Shown here in pieces: positions 18,038 to 26,790 of a DNA stretch of 47,931 nt. Source of the DNA: a virus. Its lineage: Duplodnaviria; Caudoviricetes. The stretch's first letter is position 1; each line of letters opens with the position of its first letter. The stretch covers positions 1 to 47,931 of IMG/VR virus record IMGVR_UViG_3300025669_000056. One strand, given 5' to 3'. A program made the position numbers and the translations under genes. A model generated the notes under the pieces. It did no database searches. It was not told the origin of the DNA and saw only the letters and a list, made by a program, of their open reading frames with translations.

Positions 18038-18352
18038 TTAGTGTTGACTGGGTAGTAGATTACGCCTTAATGTTTGATCTTTCATAGCTTTCCATTCTCT
18101 ACTTAGATAGATAGTAGGTTCATCTACAGAAGAAAGCCTTGGTCTATCACCTTTGTTGCACTTCCAGAGGCAAGCTTTACAAGAGAATGAAGGCCACTTC
18201 GGCCTTGCGAAGATAGCATAGTCAAGACACAGATTATAATTTTTACAGAATGGATTCTTAAAACCTTTCTTCCCATCATCTTCCAATGGTCTTGGTCTTG
18301 GCTCTATTCTGTGTATTTTCATCACTGATCTTAAGGCTTTTATGTTTATCAT
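18038..18352 (-). CDS. Cys-rich hypothetical protein
   Basis: NPFCKNYNLCLDYA...WPSFSCKAC. Confidence 0.6.
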   Translation of the reverse strand: MINIKALRSVMKIHRIEPRPRPLEDDGKKGFKNPFCKNYNLCLDYAIFARPKWPSFSCKACLWKCNKGDRPRLSSVDEPTIYLSREWKAMKDQTLRRNLLPSQH

Positions 18353-18370
18353 CTTCTTGACCTTTCCTTC

Positions 18371-18796
18371 TTAACCTTGGACTCTTCGCCATTCCGCGAG
18401 AAGCGTGAGAGAATCTTCTATGCTTATTTTATTATCGAGGATCATCTTTTGAGCTTTGCTTCTGGCTTCTTCCACTGTTTCAAGAAAAAGAAACTCAGCT
18501 TCGAAGATGGTCTTAAGTTCTGGAGTCATCGTAGAACTTTCACTTGAAGAAATTGTGAGTGTCAAGCTGTCTTTCTTCAGAATCACAATTTCTTCATGTG
18601 TAAGTTGCTTTATGGTGTAGAGAGCTTTTAGGTGTTCAAGCCTTAAGTAAGTATAAAGATTCACTCTGATACGTCGGATCATTGACGGTGTACCATTAAG
18701 CGTGAGACTTTCGCCTTGTGCCATCGTGGACATCCGATCAAGCACAGAAGCAAGTTCATTTTTAACAGCATCAGAGAGAACCTTTGGATAAGACAT
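18371..18796 (-). CDS. Hypothetical protein
   Basis: Probable start MSYPK at 18796. Confidence 0.6.
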   Translation of the reverse strand: MSYPKVLSDAVKNELASVLDRMSTMAQGESLTLNGTPSMIRRIRVNLYTYLRLEHLKALYTIKQLTHEEIVILKKDSLTLTISSSESSTMTPELKTIFEAEFLFLETVEEARSKAQKMILDNKISIEDSLTLLAEWRRVQG

Positions 18797-18810
18797 CAGG
18801 GAAACGTCTC

Positions 18811-19161
18811 CTATTGACCGAATGAACAATCTTGCGCTGTTGGTGATTTTTGACTTTGCCTGACAATAACTCCAGCATTTTTGAGATAATCAGATGCAGA
18901 AAAGATAACCCCTTCTTCAATCTCTTTGGTAATTCCTTCGAAGTAGATCTTGTGATGTCTTGCTTTGGAGACATCCGAGCCATAGCGTCTCTTATACTTA
19001 GGTGAACTTGGTCCGTTAAGACATAAGAGGTAATAATTTTTGTTGTCTTTTGCAATTACAGAGATTCCAATATCAAAGTCATGGCCTACGACGATTGCCT
19101 TGATTTCTTCACCCATGTCGTTATAGATAATCTCTTTGCCTTCGTAAGTTTGTTGATTCAT
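18811..19161 (-). CDS. Hypothetical protein
   Basis: AAGGAG RBS; ATGA overlap. Confidence 0.6.
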   Translation of the reverse strand: MNQQTYEGKEIIYNDMGEEIKAIVVGHDFDIGISVIAKDNKNYYLLCLNGPSSPKYKRRYGSDVSKARHHKIYFEGITKEIEEGVIFSASDYLKNAGVIVRQSQKSPTAQDCSFGQ

Positions 19162-19439
19162 AGTGTTGTCTCCTTTGTTTGTTGTTTTTTCTTTTCCAGA
19201 AGTGAACTCTTTAACATCTTGAGCTGTTGTGGATTAAGACCGAGGTTGGTCTTTGTAAAACGTAAGGCAGGAAGTATCTCTGCAAGCTCAGTTATCTGTC
19301 TACGTTGCAGGGCATGAAGTCGGTGTTGGAAGTCATTACATTGGTTTTCACAAATTAAAAGCTCTTGCTCAAGACTGTGCTTCAACGCCATTCTATTAAT
19401 GAGTAAATCCTGAATTTTTGTGATTTCTTTTTCAAGCAT
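19158..19439 (-). CDS. Coiled-coil hypothetical protein
   Basis: AAGGAG RBS; heptad Leu pattern. Confidence 0.6.
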   Translation of the reverse strand: MLEKEITKIQDLLINRMALKHSLEQELLICENQCNDFQHRLHALQRRQITELAEILPALRFTKTNLGLNPQQLKMLKSSLLEKKKQQTKETTL

Positions 19440-19526
19440 CGTCGAACTCCTTTTACGAAAAAATAAAACCTACAAAGATACACACTATCAAGATAGTAGT
19501 TACAAAACAAAAATAGTGGGTATCGC

Positions 19527-19760
19527 TCAGCTTCGACGGCCTTGGTTCCATAGGCCAGTTCCTACGATCCTTCTGCCACGACTTACGATCTCGACTTGAC
19601 ATTCTTGACTCCTTTTGAAGAACTTTTCAACACATCTTAAGGTGGAAGCGGAGGTTATAAAGTTATGACTCCTGAGTGTCTCTTCGAGTCTTCTCTCTTC
19701 TCCCAAAGGTGTAGCACGTTCTCGACGGTTGGCCTTTCGCCTTTCCTGTTCACAGAACAT
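19527..19760 (-). CDS. Possible basic hypothetical protein
   Basis: ORF on the coding strand that fills the gap; no recognised motif. Confidence 0.35.
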   Translation of the reverse strand: MFCEQERRKANRRERATPLGEERRLEETLRSHNFITSASTLRCVEKFFKRSQECQVEIVSRGRRIVGTGLWNQGRRS

Positions 19761-19800
19761 GCTACACCTTCTTTGTAGGACATACTTTTAAGAAAAGTGG

Positions 19801-20310
19801 TTATTCGTCGTCGTCGTTTTCGTCGCTATTCACTTCGTCCTCTTCCTCTGGCTCGTCTTTCAGATCCTTTGCCATTGCAATCAACTCAGCAACGGTCATG
19901 TTGAGAGCCGTTGCAGTTGCCGTCAACTCATCATGCTCAGCGATCTTAACCTTTTGCGTAACGCCATTTGTGGCGCGCTGTCCCAGGCGATAGCCATCCA
20001 TAGCCTTCTGCATCCTGGCATGACCTTCAGGCTTCAAAGAACCGTCATCATTGAACTGAAGCTTGTATGCCGGACTTCCACAGACCTTCTTCACAAAACC
20101 GTCAATGGCATCCTGCAACGTAGCGTTGTAATGCTCCTTGAGTTGTGCTTCGACGACTTCCAGGCTGTCGACGAGAACCGGACGGAAGGCATAGACTTCA
20201 TATTTGATATCGGAGCTTCTGGTGAAGCCGATATTCGTGGTGAGACTGTGTACGTTATCATAAGGATTCTGGCCTGCAACGATTTCGATTTCTTTCTTCT
20301 CTTCAGTCAT
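19801..20310 (-). CDS. Hypothetical protein with acidic C-tail
   Basis: Strong RBS, directly behind a consensus promoter; ends EPEEEDEVNSDENDDDE. Confidence 0.7.
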   Translation of the reverse strand: MTEEKKEIEIVAGQNPYDNVHSLTTNIGFTRSSDIKYEVYAFRPVLVDSLEVVEAQLKEHYNATLQDAIDGFVKKVCGSPAYKLQFNDDGSLKPEGHARMQKAMDGYRLGQRATNGVTQKVKIAEHDELTATATALNMTVAELIAMAKDLKDEPEEEDEVNSDENDDDE

Positions 20311-20417
20311 GATATTTCTCCTTCGGCCTTTTGGCCTTGGTAAGTTGTGGACTTTTGTCCTTTTTTAGATCAAAACTGGATGTCTTGATCTTGTGTAAAG
20401 CTTTGATTTCTAAAGGT

Positions 20418-20446
20418 ATTCTATCACATTGTGTTGCAATGGTCAA
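20418..20446 (-). promoter_or_regulatory. Sigma70 promoter
   Basis: TTGACC-17 bp-TAGAAT with extended -10 TG. Confidence 0.75.
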
Positions 20447-20519
20447 GCCTTTCAGTTGTATTTCTCTTCAGAGTTGTAAAACTCTTGACTCTGATGGAGT
20501 GTCTTAAAACTTCAAGTTT

Positions 20520-20801
20520 TTATCTTTTCAGAGTCATACCATCAAAAAATTCTAAGTCTTGATCTTTAAAAGACACGAACCATTGGAAACTCTTCTGGAA
20601 CACTCTGAAACCTAAATCCCATTCATTCGATGCTTGGTTCATCCTGGCTTTAGTTGTGACTGTATCCCATCCACCACTATCGAGTATAATTTCTTTTGAA
20701 CTAACTTTAACGATAACGGTTCTATGAAGTTGGACTGTCTGATAATTACCATCACGACTTATTGTTGTGTTGTTTGAACTTATTCGATGTGTCTGTCCCA
20801 T
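20520..20801 (-). CDS. Conserved phage early protein
   Basis: LH.T.IV......I.LDSGGW.TVTTK.RMNQ motif; AAGGAG RBS. Confidence 0.7.
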   Translation of the reverse strand: MGQTHRISSNNTTISRDGNYQTVQLHRTVIVKVSSKEIILDSGGWDTVTTKARMNQASNEWDLGFRVFQKSFQWFVSFKDQDLEFFDGMTLKR

Positions 20802-20816
20802 TTTGTATACTCCTTT

Positions 20817-21080
20817 TTATTTAAGACCTATTGTTTTTGACTTCTGACAATCCTTACAAGCATAACTCACAGTCTTTAGGTTTTCATAACGTGCTTGCAC
20901 CGGTGCTACCAAGCTAAGTCTTATGACCACAAAGACCCAGAGGACGATGAAAGTCCATGCAACGAGTGTCGTATGTCTTGGGTTGTTCTTCTTCATAAGT
21001 CCCACCTTTCCTTTCCTTAAGTGTTTGAAGGTCCGTAGGACCGTGAGAGGTGTCAAAAAAGCCTTTTTCATCCTACCCAT
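20817..21080 (-). CDS. Small membrane protein
   Basis: TM segment LVAWTFIVLWVFVVI and C-terminal CxxC; true start may be MKKNN. Confidence 0.5.
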   Translation of the reverse strand: MGRMKKAFLTPLTVLRTFKHLRKGKVGLMKKNNPRHTTLVAWTFIVLWVFVVIRLSLVAPVQARYENLKTVSYACKDCQKSKTIGLK

Positions 21081-21100
21081 CCTACCGAACCTACCAAATA

Positions 21101-21129
21101 ATTATATAATTATATACCCCTCCGCGCAA
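21101..21129 (-). promoter_or_regulatory. Sigma70 promoter, leftward
   Basis: TTGCGC-17 bp-TATAAT on the minus strand. Confidence 0.65.
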
Positions 21130-21254
21130 TCTGGGCAGTGTACCTTCTCCTTAAGTTCTTGGTTTGTTCTTCTGGAGAAGTTATTTTGCTTTGCGAAAGT
21201 CTTATGTTCTGCTAAAGAGGTTGAACGATGAAGCATATTTTGTTTTGTTTGTCA

Positions 21255-21290
<36 letters not shown>

Positions 21291-21380
21291 AAGAGAAGAA
21301 GCTTTGCTTCTACTACTATCAGCTTACCTAGAACTTACCTACCTGATTTTTGCCACTCTGAAAAGGGTACACACGCCACA

Positions 21381-21409
21381 TTGCGCAGGGGGGTGCATAA
21401 TTATATAAT
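21381..21409 (+). promoter_or_regulatory. Sigma70 promoter, rightward
   Basis: TTGCGC-17 bp-TATAAT on the plus strand. Confidence 0.6.
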
Positions 21410-21612
21410 TATTCAGTAGGTGGAATTGTATAATTGGCTCCATAGGCCGCACATGGTAACGTCTCACGGTTGTAGAGAGGTTTAAGGACTTAAGGTGATG
21501 GAAAAAATGTGTCACCTTAGAGGTCATGAAACGCTCTCAAAAGCCTTTGTGTCTGATTTTCAAAGAACGCTGCCTATGCCATGCCCTGAAAGCCCTGGCC
21601 CTTTTTTCATGC

Positions 21613-21642
21613 TCTCACGCCTTCTCACGCCTTCTCATGCCC
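21613..21642 (+). repeat. 10-bp tandem repeat x3
   Basis: TCTCACGCCT TCTCACGCCT TCTCATGCCC. Confidence 0.7.
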
Positions 21643-21671
21643 TTTTACCTATCTTTTTCTCCATCCCTTAT

Positions 21672-21926
21672 TTAACCAAGCCACTTTTGGACTTCTGCAC
21701 AACCTGTCACAATAACCATTCCGAACTCACCTTTTGGATAAAACGAGAAGCAAGTACTACGAACGAGATTGTAAGAAAGACCTGAGATTCGTACAAAGTT
21801 ATTCAACCATGCTTGCGGTAAGGCATAGTCAAAGCATTCATCCTTCAAGCCTATTAACGAAGCAAGCTCAGCTTTCGTTATCTCAGCTTTTTCAATCTCT
21901 CTGATTGTATAAAGTTTACCTTTCAT
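21672..21926 (-). CDS. Hypothetical protein
   Basis: RBS and overlap with the upstream gene; DYALPQAW motif. Confidence 0.6.
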   Translation of the reverse strand: MKGKLYTIREIEKAEITKAELASLIGLKDECFDYALPQAWLNNFVRISGLSYNLVRSTCFSFYPKGEFGMVIVTGCAEVQKWLG

Positions 21927-22500
21927 TCTTTCCCCCCCTTTTATGGGTCTTTATGACTTCCTGCTTATATTCTTTGATAGCGTAATTGATAGCTCCCTCT
22001 GCTTCCGTAACCATATAATCCGTTTCACCAAAAAAACCCCAACAGCTATCTTCACATTCAATTGATTTATTTCTTTCAGTGGGTTCTATGGTATATCCGT
22101 ATACTTGACCTGTTAAAAACTGGTCATACATCTCAACTTCACCTTGCATGTATTTGATAGCTTGTTCTTCAGTCCATGATTCTTTGGCTATTTCCTCTTT
22201 CGTCATGTAAATGTAACCGACTTGACCCGAATCCCAAGGGCATGAAAAAGGACCACAACTCATAGTTACACCGCTATGGTCATAAAGGTAAAGAGGTAAT
22301 GATACGTTATCAGGGTTATCAACGATATCTTTTAATCCTTCTTGTGTTAAGTCGTGTTTATCTCCTAAATCATATCGACCATGAAAACAGACCATGTGTC
22401 CCGCTGGTTCAGATTCTTCACGTGGATTGAAAGGTTCAGTGTCGTAATGAACATTGATGTTAAAACCTCTATATTCTATTTGTTCGTATAAATTATCCAT
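21916..22500 (-). CDS. Conserved phage/mobile-element early protein of unknown function
   Basis: FHGRYDLGD...LPLYLYDHSGVTMS...FSCPWDSGQVGYIY...DSCWGFFG, a motif set I recognise as widespread. Confidence 0.75.
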   Translation of the reverse strand: MDNLYEQIEYRGFNINVHYDTEPFNPREESEPAGHMVCFHGRYDLGDKHDLTQEGLKDIVDNPDNVSLPLYLYDHSGVTMSCGPFSCPWDSGQVGYIYMTKEEIAKESWTEEQAIKYMQGEVEMYDQFLTGQVYGYTIEPTERNKSIECEDSCWGFFGETDYMVTEAEGAINYAIKEYKQEVIKTHKRGGKNER

Positions 22501-22732
22501 TTGTTACCTCCTCTTCAGTTAATGAAACACGGTCAAGATATTGTTCTGTCAAATAGTCATAGGTGTAAAGGCCATGTTTAATTGGGACCTTGACCTTATC
22601 AGGTGATCGTTTCCAAAGTTTGACCTTACCATTTACACGCCACCTTTGAGGTGCACCATCGGCATTGACTTCATGTGTGTGATAAAGTATATCTCCTGGT
22701 CTTAACTGTTTAGCTTGTTCTAATGTAATCAT
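22493..22732 (-). CDS. Conserved small phage protein
   Basis: NADG.P.RWRVNGKVK.WKRSP....VP.KHGLY motif. Confidence 0.7.
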   Translation of the reverse strand: MITLEQAKQLRPGDILYHTHEVNADGAPQRWRVNGKVKLWKRSPDKVKVPIKHGLYTYDYLTEQYLDRVSLTEEEVTNG

Positions 22733-22893
22733 GTTGTCTCCTTCAGCATGTCAATCATTACATATTGCATAATCTTCCTGCCACAGACTACTTTTTTTAT
22801 CAATCTATGTGATAAGACTTCATCATCATAGAATACTGTGTATGTATTATCTGGATACGTCACGATGTATTTATAGCGTTTATTTTCTGGCAT
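22729..22893 (-). CDS. Hypothetical protein (54 aa, not in the ORF track)
   Basis: AAGGAG RBS; MPENKRYKYIVTYPDNT...KETT*; ATGA overlap with the next gene. Confidence 0.6.
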   Translation of the reverse strand: MPENKRYKYIVTYPDNTYTVFYDDEVLSHRLIKKVVCGRKIMQYVMIDMLKETT

Positions 22894-22976
22894 CTTGTAT
22901 GTCTCCTTATAGCTTGTACCATATTTTCAGGGAGTGCGTGAACTCTCTCTCTCCGACTTCCGTCTCCGTCTCTCCC

Positions 22977-23156
22977 TTAGTAACCAAGCCAACCTTTCAA
23001 TTCTTGCTTGCTCATCCCAGTTATAAGCTTTGGTTCCACTTCCATAAGATCGGTGTTTCTGTTATAGGCAACATCTTCGGCTATGACCTGGCCTTCGATG
23101 ACTTCAAAGCCTATGCTATGGTTGTTCAGGATATGTTCTATGGTTTTCCTTGTCAT
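22977..23156 (-). CDS. Hypothetical protein
   Basis: AAGGAG RBS before MTRKTIE; ends ELKGWLGY. Confidence 0.65.
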   Translation of the reverse strand: MTRKTIEHILNNHSIGFEVIEGQVIAEDVAYNRNTDLMEVEPKLITGMSKQELKGWLGY

Positions 23157-23172
23157 TGCTTGCTCCTTTGTT

Positions 23173-23307
23173 TTATTGGTTATACAGCATCCAGGGCAAG
23201 TTAAGCCCTTTGGCATTGTTCATCATGTCACGGTAGCGTTTCCATACGGTCTTGTCATGTCTTAAGTGGTTTGAGTAAACTCCGCTTGAAAAGTGTAGAT
23301 AGAACAT
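23173..23307 (-). CDS. First early gene, 44 aa (not in the ORF track)
   Basis: AAGGAG RBS; MFYLHFSSGVYSNHLRHDKTVWKRYRDMMNNAKGLNLPWMLYNQ*. Confidence 0.55.
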   Translation of the reverse strand: MFYLHFSSGVYSNHLRHDKTVWKRYRDMMNNAKGLNLPWMLYNQ

Positions 23308-23344
23308 TCTTTAACTCCTTTGGTTGATTGTTATCTACAAGGAT

Positions 23345-23361
23345 TGCATACGCCATGCCAA
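23345..23361 (-). promoter_or_regulatory. Putative sigma54 (-24/-12) promoter
   Basis: TTGGCATGGCGTATGCA (GG-N10-GC) about 40 bp upstream of the first early ORF, with an IHF-like TAACTCCTTGTAA just upstream. Confidence 0.5.
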
Positions 23362-23863
23362 GTCAGCAGAAATCTTTTAACTCCTTGTAATCACAAGGGA
23401 TATTAATTCTTTGTTCACTTATATAACCAGAGTGTTACATCTTATCATCACTTATTATTGTCACTATAGTTCAGTCATGCTGAATTATACCCACTATCCT
23501 TAATCATTACAGTATGTTCACAAACTGCATGCTACCTGCACTTTCCACCGAATCGACCTACAACCTAACTTAGCCTACCTTACCTGACTTAGTTAGTCTT
23601 ACCGAACTTAGATAGATTTCAATGACTTAGCCAGTTTCTCTAACTCCATAAGCTCCATCTAACTAAGTTTCTCCCCTCTAACTTGACCCCCTTGGGGGGA
23701 TTTACTTTTTCGCCGAGGGGGAGAGAACGTGGAATTTAGACAAATGGATTTGAAAAGTCAGAGGTCTGAGGGGCAGGATAGGACTCTGAGGTAGAGGGAT
23801 AGAACTTAAGGGGTCAGTAGAAGTGGGTAGATGATCCCAAGCCCTTTTTGCTACAGAAATGTG

Positions 23864-23892
23864 TTGTTTTTGACGTAGATATGTGTTATTAT
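23864..23892 (+). promoter_or_regulatory. Possible late promoter upstream of terS
   Basis: TTGTTT-17 bp-TATTAT with extended -10 TG. Confidence 0.4.
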
Positions 23893-23927
23893 TAGGTAAA
23901 GCTTAGGAGAAGGCAAGGAGGTCCACG

Positions 23928-24407
23928 ATGGGAAGGCACAGCGAAGGGAAAAGTCCAATAATTCAACAAGTTACGCCACGACATTGCTCTATGGCTCGCG
24001 CACTTGTAGCCGGTGGCCTCACACCCTCGGATCTTGCACGTCTTTACGGGATGACGAAGAGTCAAGTCAGCATTGTTATAAACTCCCCGGCGTTCCTTAC
24101 GGAAAGAGCCAGGATCGAGGGCGGTGCAGACAAGAATGCAATGGAGCTTGGAGAAGAGATCATTGCGCTGAGGGATATGGCTCTCCGGAACGTGTCAGAA
24201 GATCTCAGGATGACGGTTGTTGATGATAAAGACCGGGCTTTACGTCAGAAGGCTACGCTCGCAGCACTTGAGATGAGCAAGCTCCGTGGCTCCGGCGGCA
24301 TCACAATTAAGGGGGATGTCATTCAGAATCAGCAGAACAACAATAAGTTCACGTTGAAGCAGCTTCAAGATAATGTTTTTAATCTCCTGGACGATGAGGA
24401 AGAATAA
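23928..24407 (+). CDS. terS: Terminase small subunit (putative)
   Basis: HTH (LTPSDLARLYGMTKSQVSIVI) with helical C-terminus, immediately upstream of TerL; AGGAGG RBS. Confidence 0.7.
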   Translation: MGRHSEGKSPIIQQVTPRHCSMARALVAGGLTPSDLARLYGMTKSQVSIVINSPAFLTERARIEGGADKNAMELGEEIIALRDMALRNVSEDLRMTVVDDKDRALRQKATLAALEMSKLRGSGGITIKGDVIQNQQNNNKFTLKQLQDNVFNLLDDEEE

Positions 24408-24410
24408 GGG

Positions 24411-26327
24411 ATGTCAACAGAACTTGCTGGAACATATGAAGATCCGAAGCTTCTTTGGATGCTTGAAGAGCTGGAGAAGGTTAAGTACGGACAGGCAGGT
24501 TCGACGTTGGTCTCCACAAAGTACCCAAAAGATCTTAAAGGGAATTTAAGCTATCGGAGTAAAGTCCTTGCTAAGGCAAAAGTGGACCCGGAATATCGAA
24601 GTCAAGTCAAAGCGTTGTTCTTCAAAGATCCAGTCTTTGCATTTAACACTTTTTTCTTCACCCTCGATACTCGCAAACGACCTTTCCATAACCAACCTTT
24701 TTGTACTTACGCTTATCAAGACATTCTTATACAGATCATAGTCTACTGCATAGATAACAAGTTAGATCTTCCGATTTTGAAGTCCAGAGACATGGGCTTG
24801 TCGTGGATCTTGATGCTCGTAGCTGAGTGGATGTGGCTTAATCCTGATGGCGGAGCCGACTTCCTCTTTGGTTCTAGAATTGAGACTTATGTAGACAAGA
24901 AAGGTGATCCTAGGGCGCTCTTTGAGAAGGCCCGTTATTGCCTCTATAAGCTTCCTTCTTGGCTCAGACCGAAGGGCTTTTCAAAGAATAAACACGACAA
25001 TTCAATGAGGATTATAAATCCTGAAGCAGGGACAGCCCTCACTGGTGAGACATCGAATCCTAACTTCTCTACAGGTGGCCGTTATGCTGCCGTCTTCTAT
25101 GATGAGTTTGCAAAGTGGCTTGAAGATGTTCCAGCTTGGACTGCCGGAGGCGATGCTACACCTTGCAGGATAGCTAACTCAACACCGTTTGGCGCAGCAG
25201 GTCAGTTCTATGATCTCACCACCGGAGATAATCCCGTTGCCTCTATACATTGGACCTTACATCCTGAGAAGTCTTACGGAGCTTACTGTTTTTATCCGAA
25301 AGAAGAAGATCCAGTTGATGAATTGATAGGAAAGGTTAGAAGTCCTTGGTATGATCGGGAGTGTGTGAGGCGGCAAGGTAAAGGCATGTCGGCTAAGGAA
25401 GTAGCACAAGAACTTGACATGGATTTCATTGGAGCAGGTGCGCTGGTCTTCGATGGTTCTGCCCTCACAAGGACGAAGGCACTCCTAAAGAGTAAGAAGC
25501 GTCCAATCGGTTACTATTCTCTTGACCTTCAGCTTATGCAGCTTGACAAAGTTCTTAAACCTCGCGACAATGAATACCACCTTTGTGTCTTTGAAGATCT
25601 CGACAAGTCTACCTGCTATACGATGGGTGTAGATGTTGTTGAAGGTCTGGAGCAAGGTGATAACGCTGTTGTGAAGTTGATGAATCGTAAGACCGGAGAT
25701 CTCGCTGCTTCTTACTATGGGCGTATAGACGAAGTTCTTCTTGCACGTATAGTAGGGATCATCGCTAAGACCTATGCTTTTGAACACAAAACCCGGAGGA
25801 TGACGCGGATCATAAGTCCGTGGATCGGTATAGAAACTAATGGCCCAGGACTCGCAACTTTTGATCTCTGTGCTCTGGCTCAAGTTCCGAATCTGTTCAT
25901 GATGCCGAAGTATGATGCCACGACAGACACAGAGAGTGTTTCCAAAGGATGGAAGACCACGACTATCAGTCGCAATGTTCTTGTCTCCACTGTGCGTACA
26001 TGGCTCCAAGAAGGTGAAGGTTTCGTCGATAAGAGAGCAGCCAAGGAATTTGTGACTTTCGTTAGGAGCAAAAGTGGGAAGCCAGAGGCTAAGGCCGGGT
26101 GTAATGACGATGAAGTCATCGCCTGGGGCATAGCTCTCCAGATTCATGAACAAGTTCCGATGGAGGAGGTTATTGAAGATGGTGCGTTGATGGAAAGTGG
26201 ACTTCCGGCAGAGATGTTTGGGCCTTATGTTCCTTCAGATGTTCCAACACTCTACGAGCGAGGACTTGCTTCAATAGCTGCTAAGAAGCAGAACGGTGGT
26301 CAGAAAGGGATAGGCTTTGTGATATGA
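24411..26327 (+). CDS. terL: Terminase large subunit
   Basis: Walker A KSRDMGLSW, Walker B VFYDEFA, motif III NSTPFG, nuclease motifs MGVDVVEG and NDDEVIA. Confidence 0.93.
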   Translation: MSTELAGTYEDPKLLWMLEELEKVKYGQAGSTLVSTKYPKDLKGNLSYRSKVLAKAKVDPEYRSQVKALFFKDPVFAFNTFFFTLDTRKRPFHNQPFCTYAYQDILIQIIVYCIDNKLDLPILKSRDMGLSWILMLVAEWMWLNPDGGADFLFGSRIETYVDKKGDPRALFEKARYCLYKLPSWLRPKGFSKNKHDNSMRIINPEAGTALTGETSNPNFSTGGRYAAVFYDEFAKWLEDVPAWTAGGDATPCRIANSTPFGAAGQFYDLTTGDNPVASIHWTLHPEKSYGAYCFYPKEEDPVDELIGKVRSPWYDRECVRRQGKGMSAKEVAQELDMDFIGAGALVFDGSALTRTKALLKSKKRPIGYYSLDLQLMQLDKVLKPRDNEYHLCVFEDLDKSTCYTMGVDVVEGLEQGDNAVVKLMNRKTGDLAASYYGRIDEVLLARIVGIIAKTYAFEHKTRRMTRIISPWIGIETNGPGLATFDLCALAQVPNLFMMPKYDATTDTESVSKGWKTTTISRNVLVSTVRTWLQEGEGFVDKRAAKEFVTFVRSKSGKPEAKAGCNDDEVIAWGIALQIHEQVPMEEVIEDGALMESGLPAEMFGPYVPSDVPTLYERGLASIAAKKQNGGQKGIGFVI

Positions 26328-26419
26328 ATAAATTTCAGAACGACACCGCTTCGGCTAATTGGTGTAACTACCTAGCTGATTGGTACGAACATACAAACAG
26401 TAACTAAAGGAGTTTTAAA

Positions 26420-26695
26420 ATGGCGAATACACTTACAGGGAACACATGGCGGATAGACACCGCTGCCACGATCACCAGGGAACCAATCACCATCGTGGGC
26501 ATGGTTTATAAACCGGCGGCAACGTCTAACGACCTTACGATCACAGATGGCAACGGGGATATGCTCTGGGATGTGGATGCACTTGCCGCAACACCGGCAG
26601 GGGATCAGATCTATGACCAGGCTGAGAAGGTACGAAAGAATGGTTTCATTGTCACAGTTATAGATGGTGGTGTTCTGTGGGTAGAGGTAGAGTGA
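26420..26695 (+). CDS. Small beta-rich virion protein
   Basis: 91 aa with an all-beta pattern; AAGGAG RBS; no signal peptide. Confidence 0.65.
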   Translation: MANTLTGNTWRIDTAATITREPITIVGMVYKPAATSNDLTITDGNGDMLWDVDALAATPAGDQIYDQAEKVRKNGFIVTVIDGGVLWVEVE

Positions 26696-26790
26696 AGAAG
26701 GTTCTTTTTGTTGTTAGTTCTGTGTTCTTTCTGTTGGTCTTGTACCTCTATATAAGGATAACAAAAGTGGTGATATGGGTTCGAAAATAG
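26692..26790 (+). CDS. Possible 32-aa membrane or signal-like peptide
   Basis: GTGA-coupled start; MKKVLFVVSSVFFLLVLYLYIRITKVVIWVRK*. Confidence 0.35.
   Translation: MKKVLFVVSSVFFLLVLYLYIRITKVVIWVRK

Noticed and set aside
19475-19505. Promoter with an operator palindrome (ACTATC-AA-GATAGT)
   Set aside because: The -35/-10 spacing is 19 bp and I noticed the palindrome only once
21495-21785. 96-aa plus-strand ORF behind the rightward promoter
   Set aside because: Low-complexity sequence that overlaps a better minus-strand gene; not supported as protein-coding
23310-23927. tRNA or structured ncRNA in the large intergenic region
   Set aside because: No cloverleaf or T-loop consensus seen; better explained by promoters and a packaging region
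25485-26153. Long antisense ORFs (this one and others opposite structural or polymerase genes)
   Set aside because: Shadow frames of well-supported genes, with no motifs or RBS
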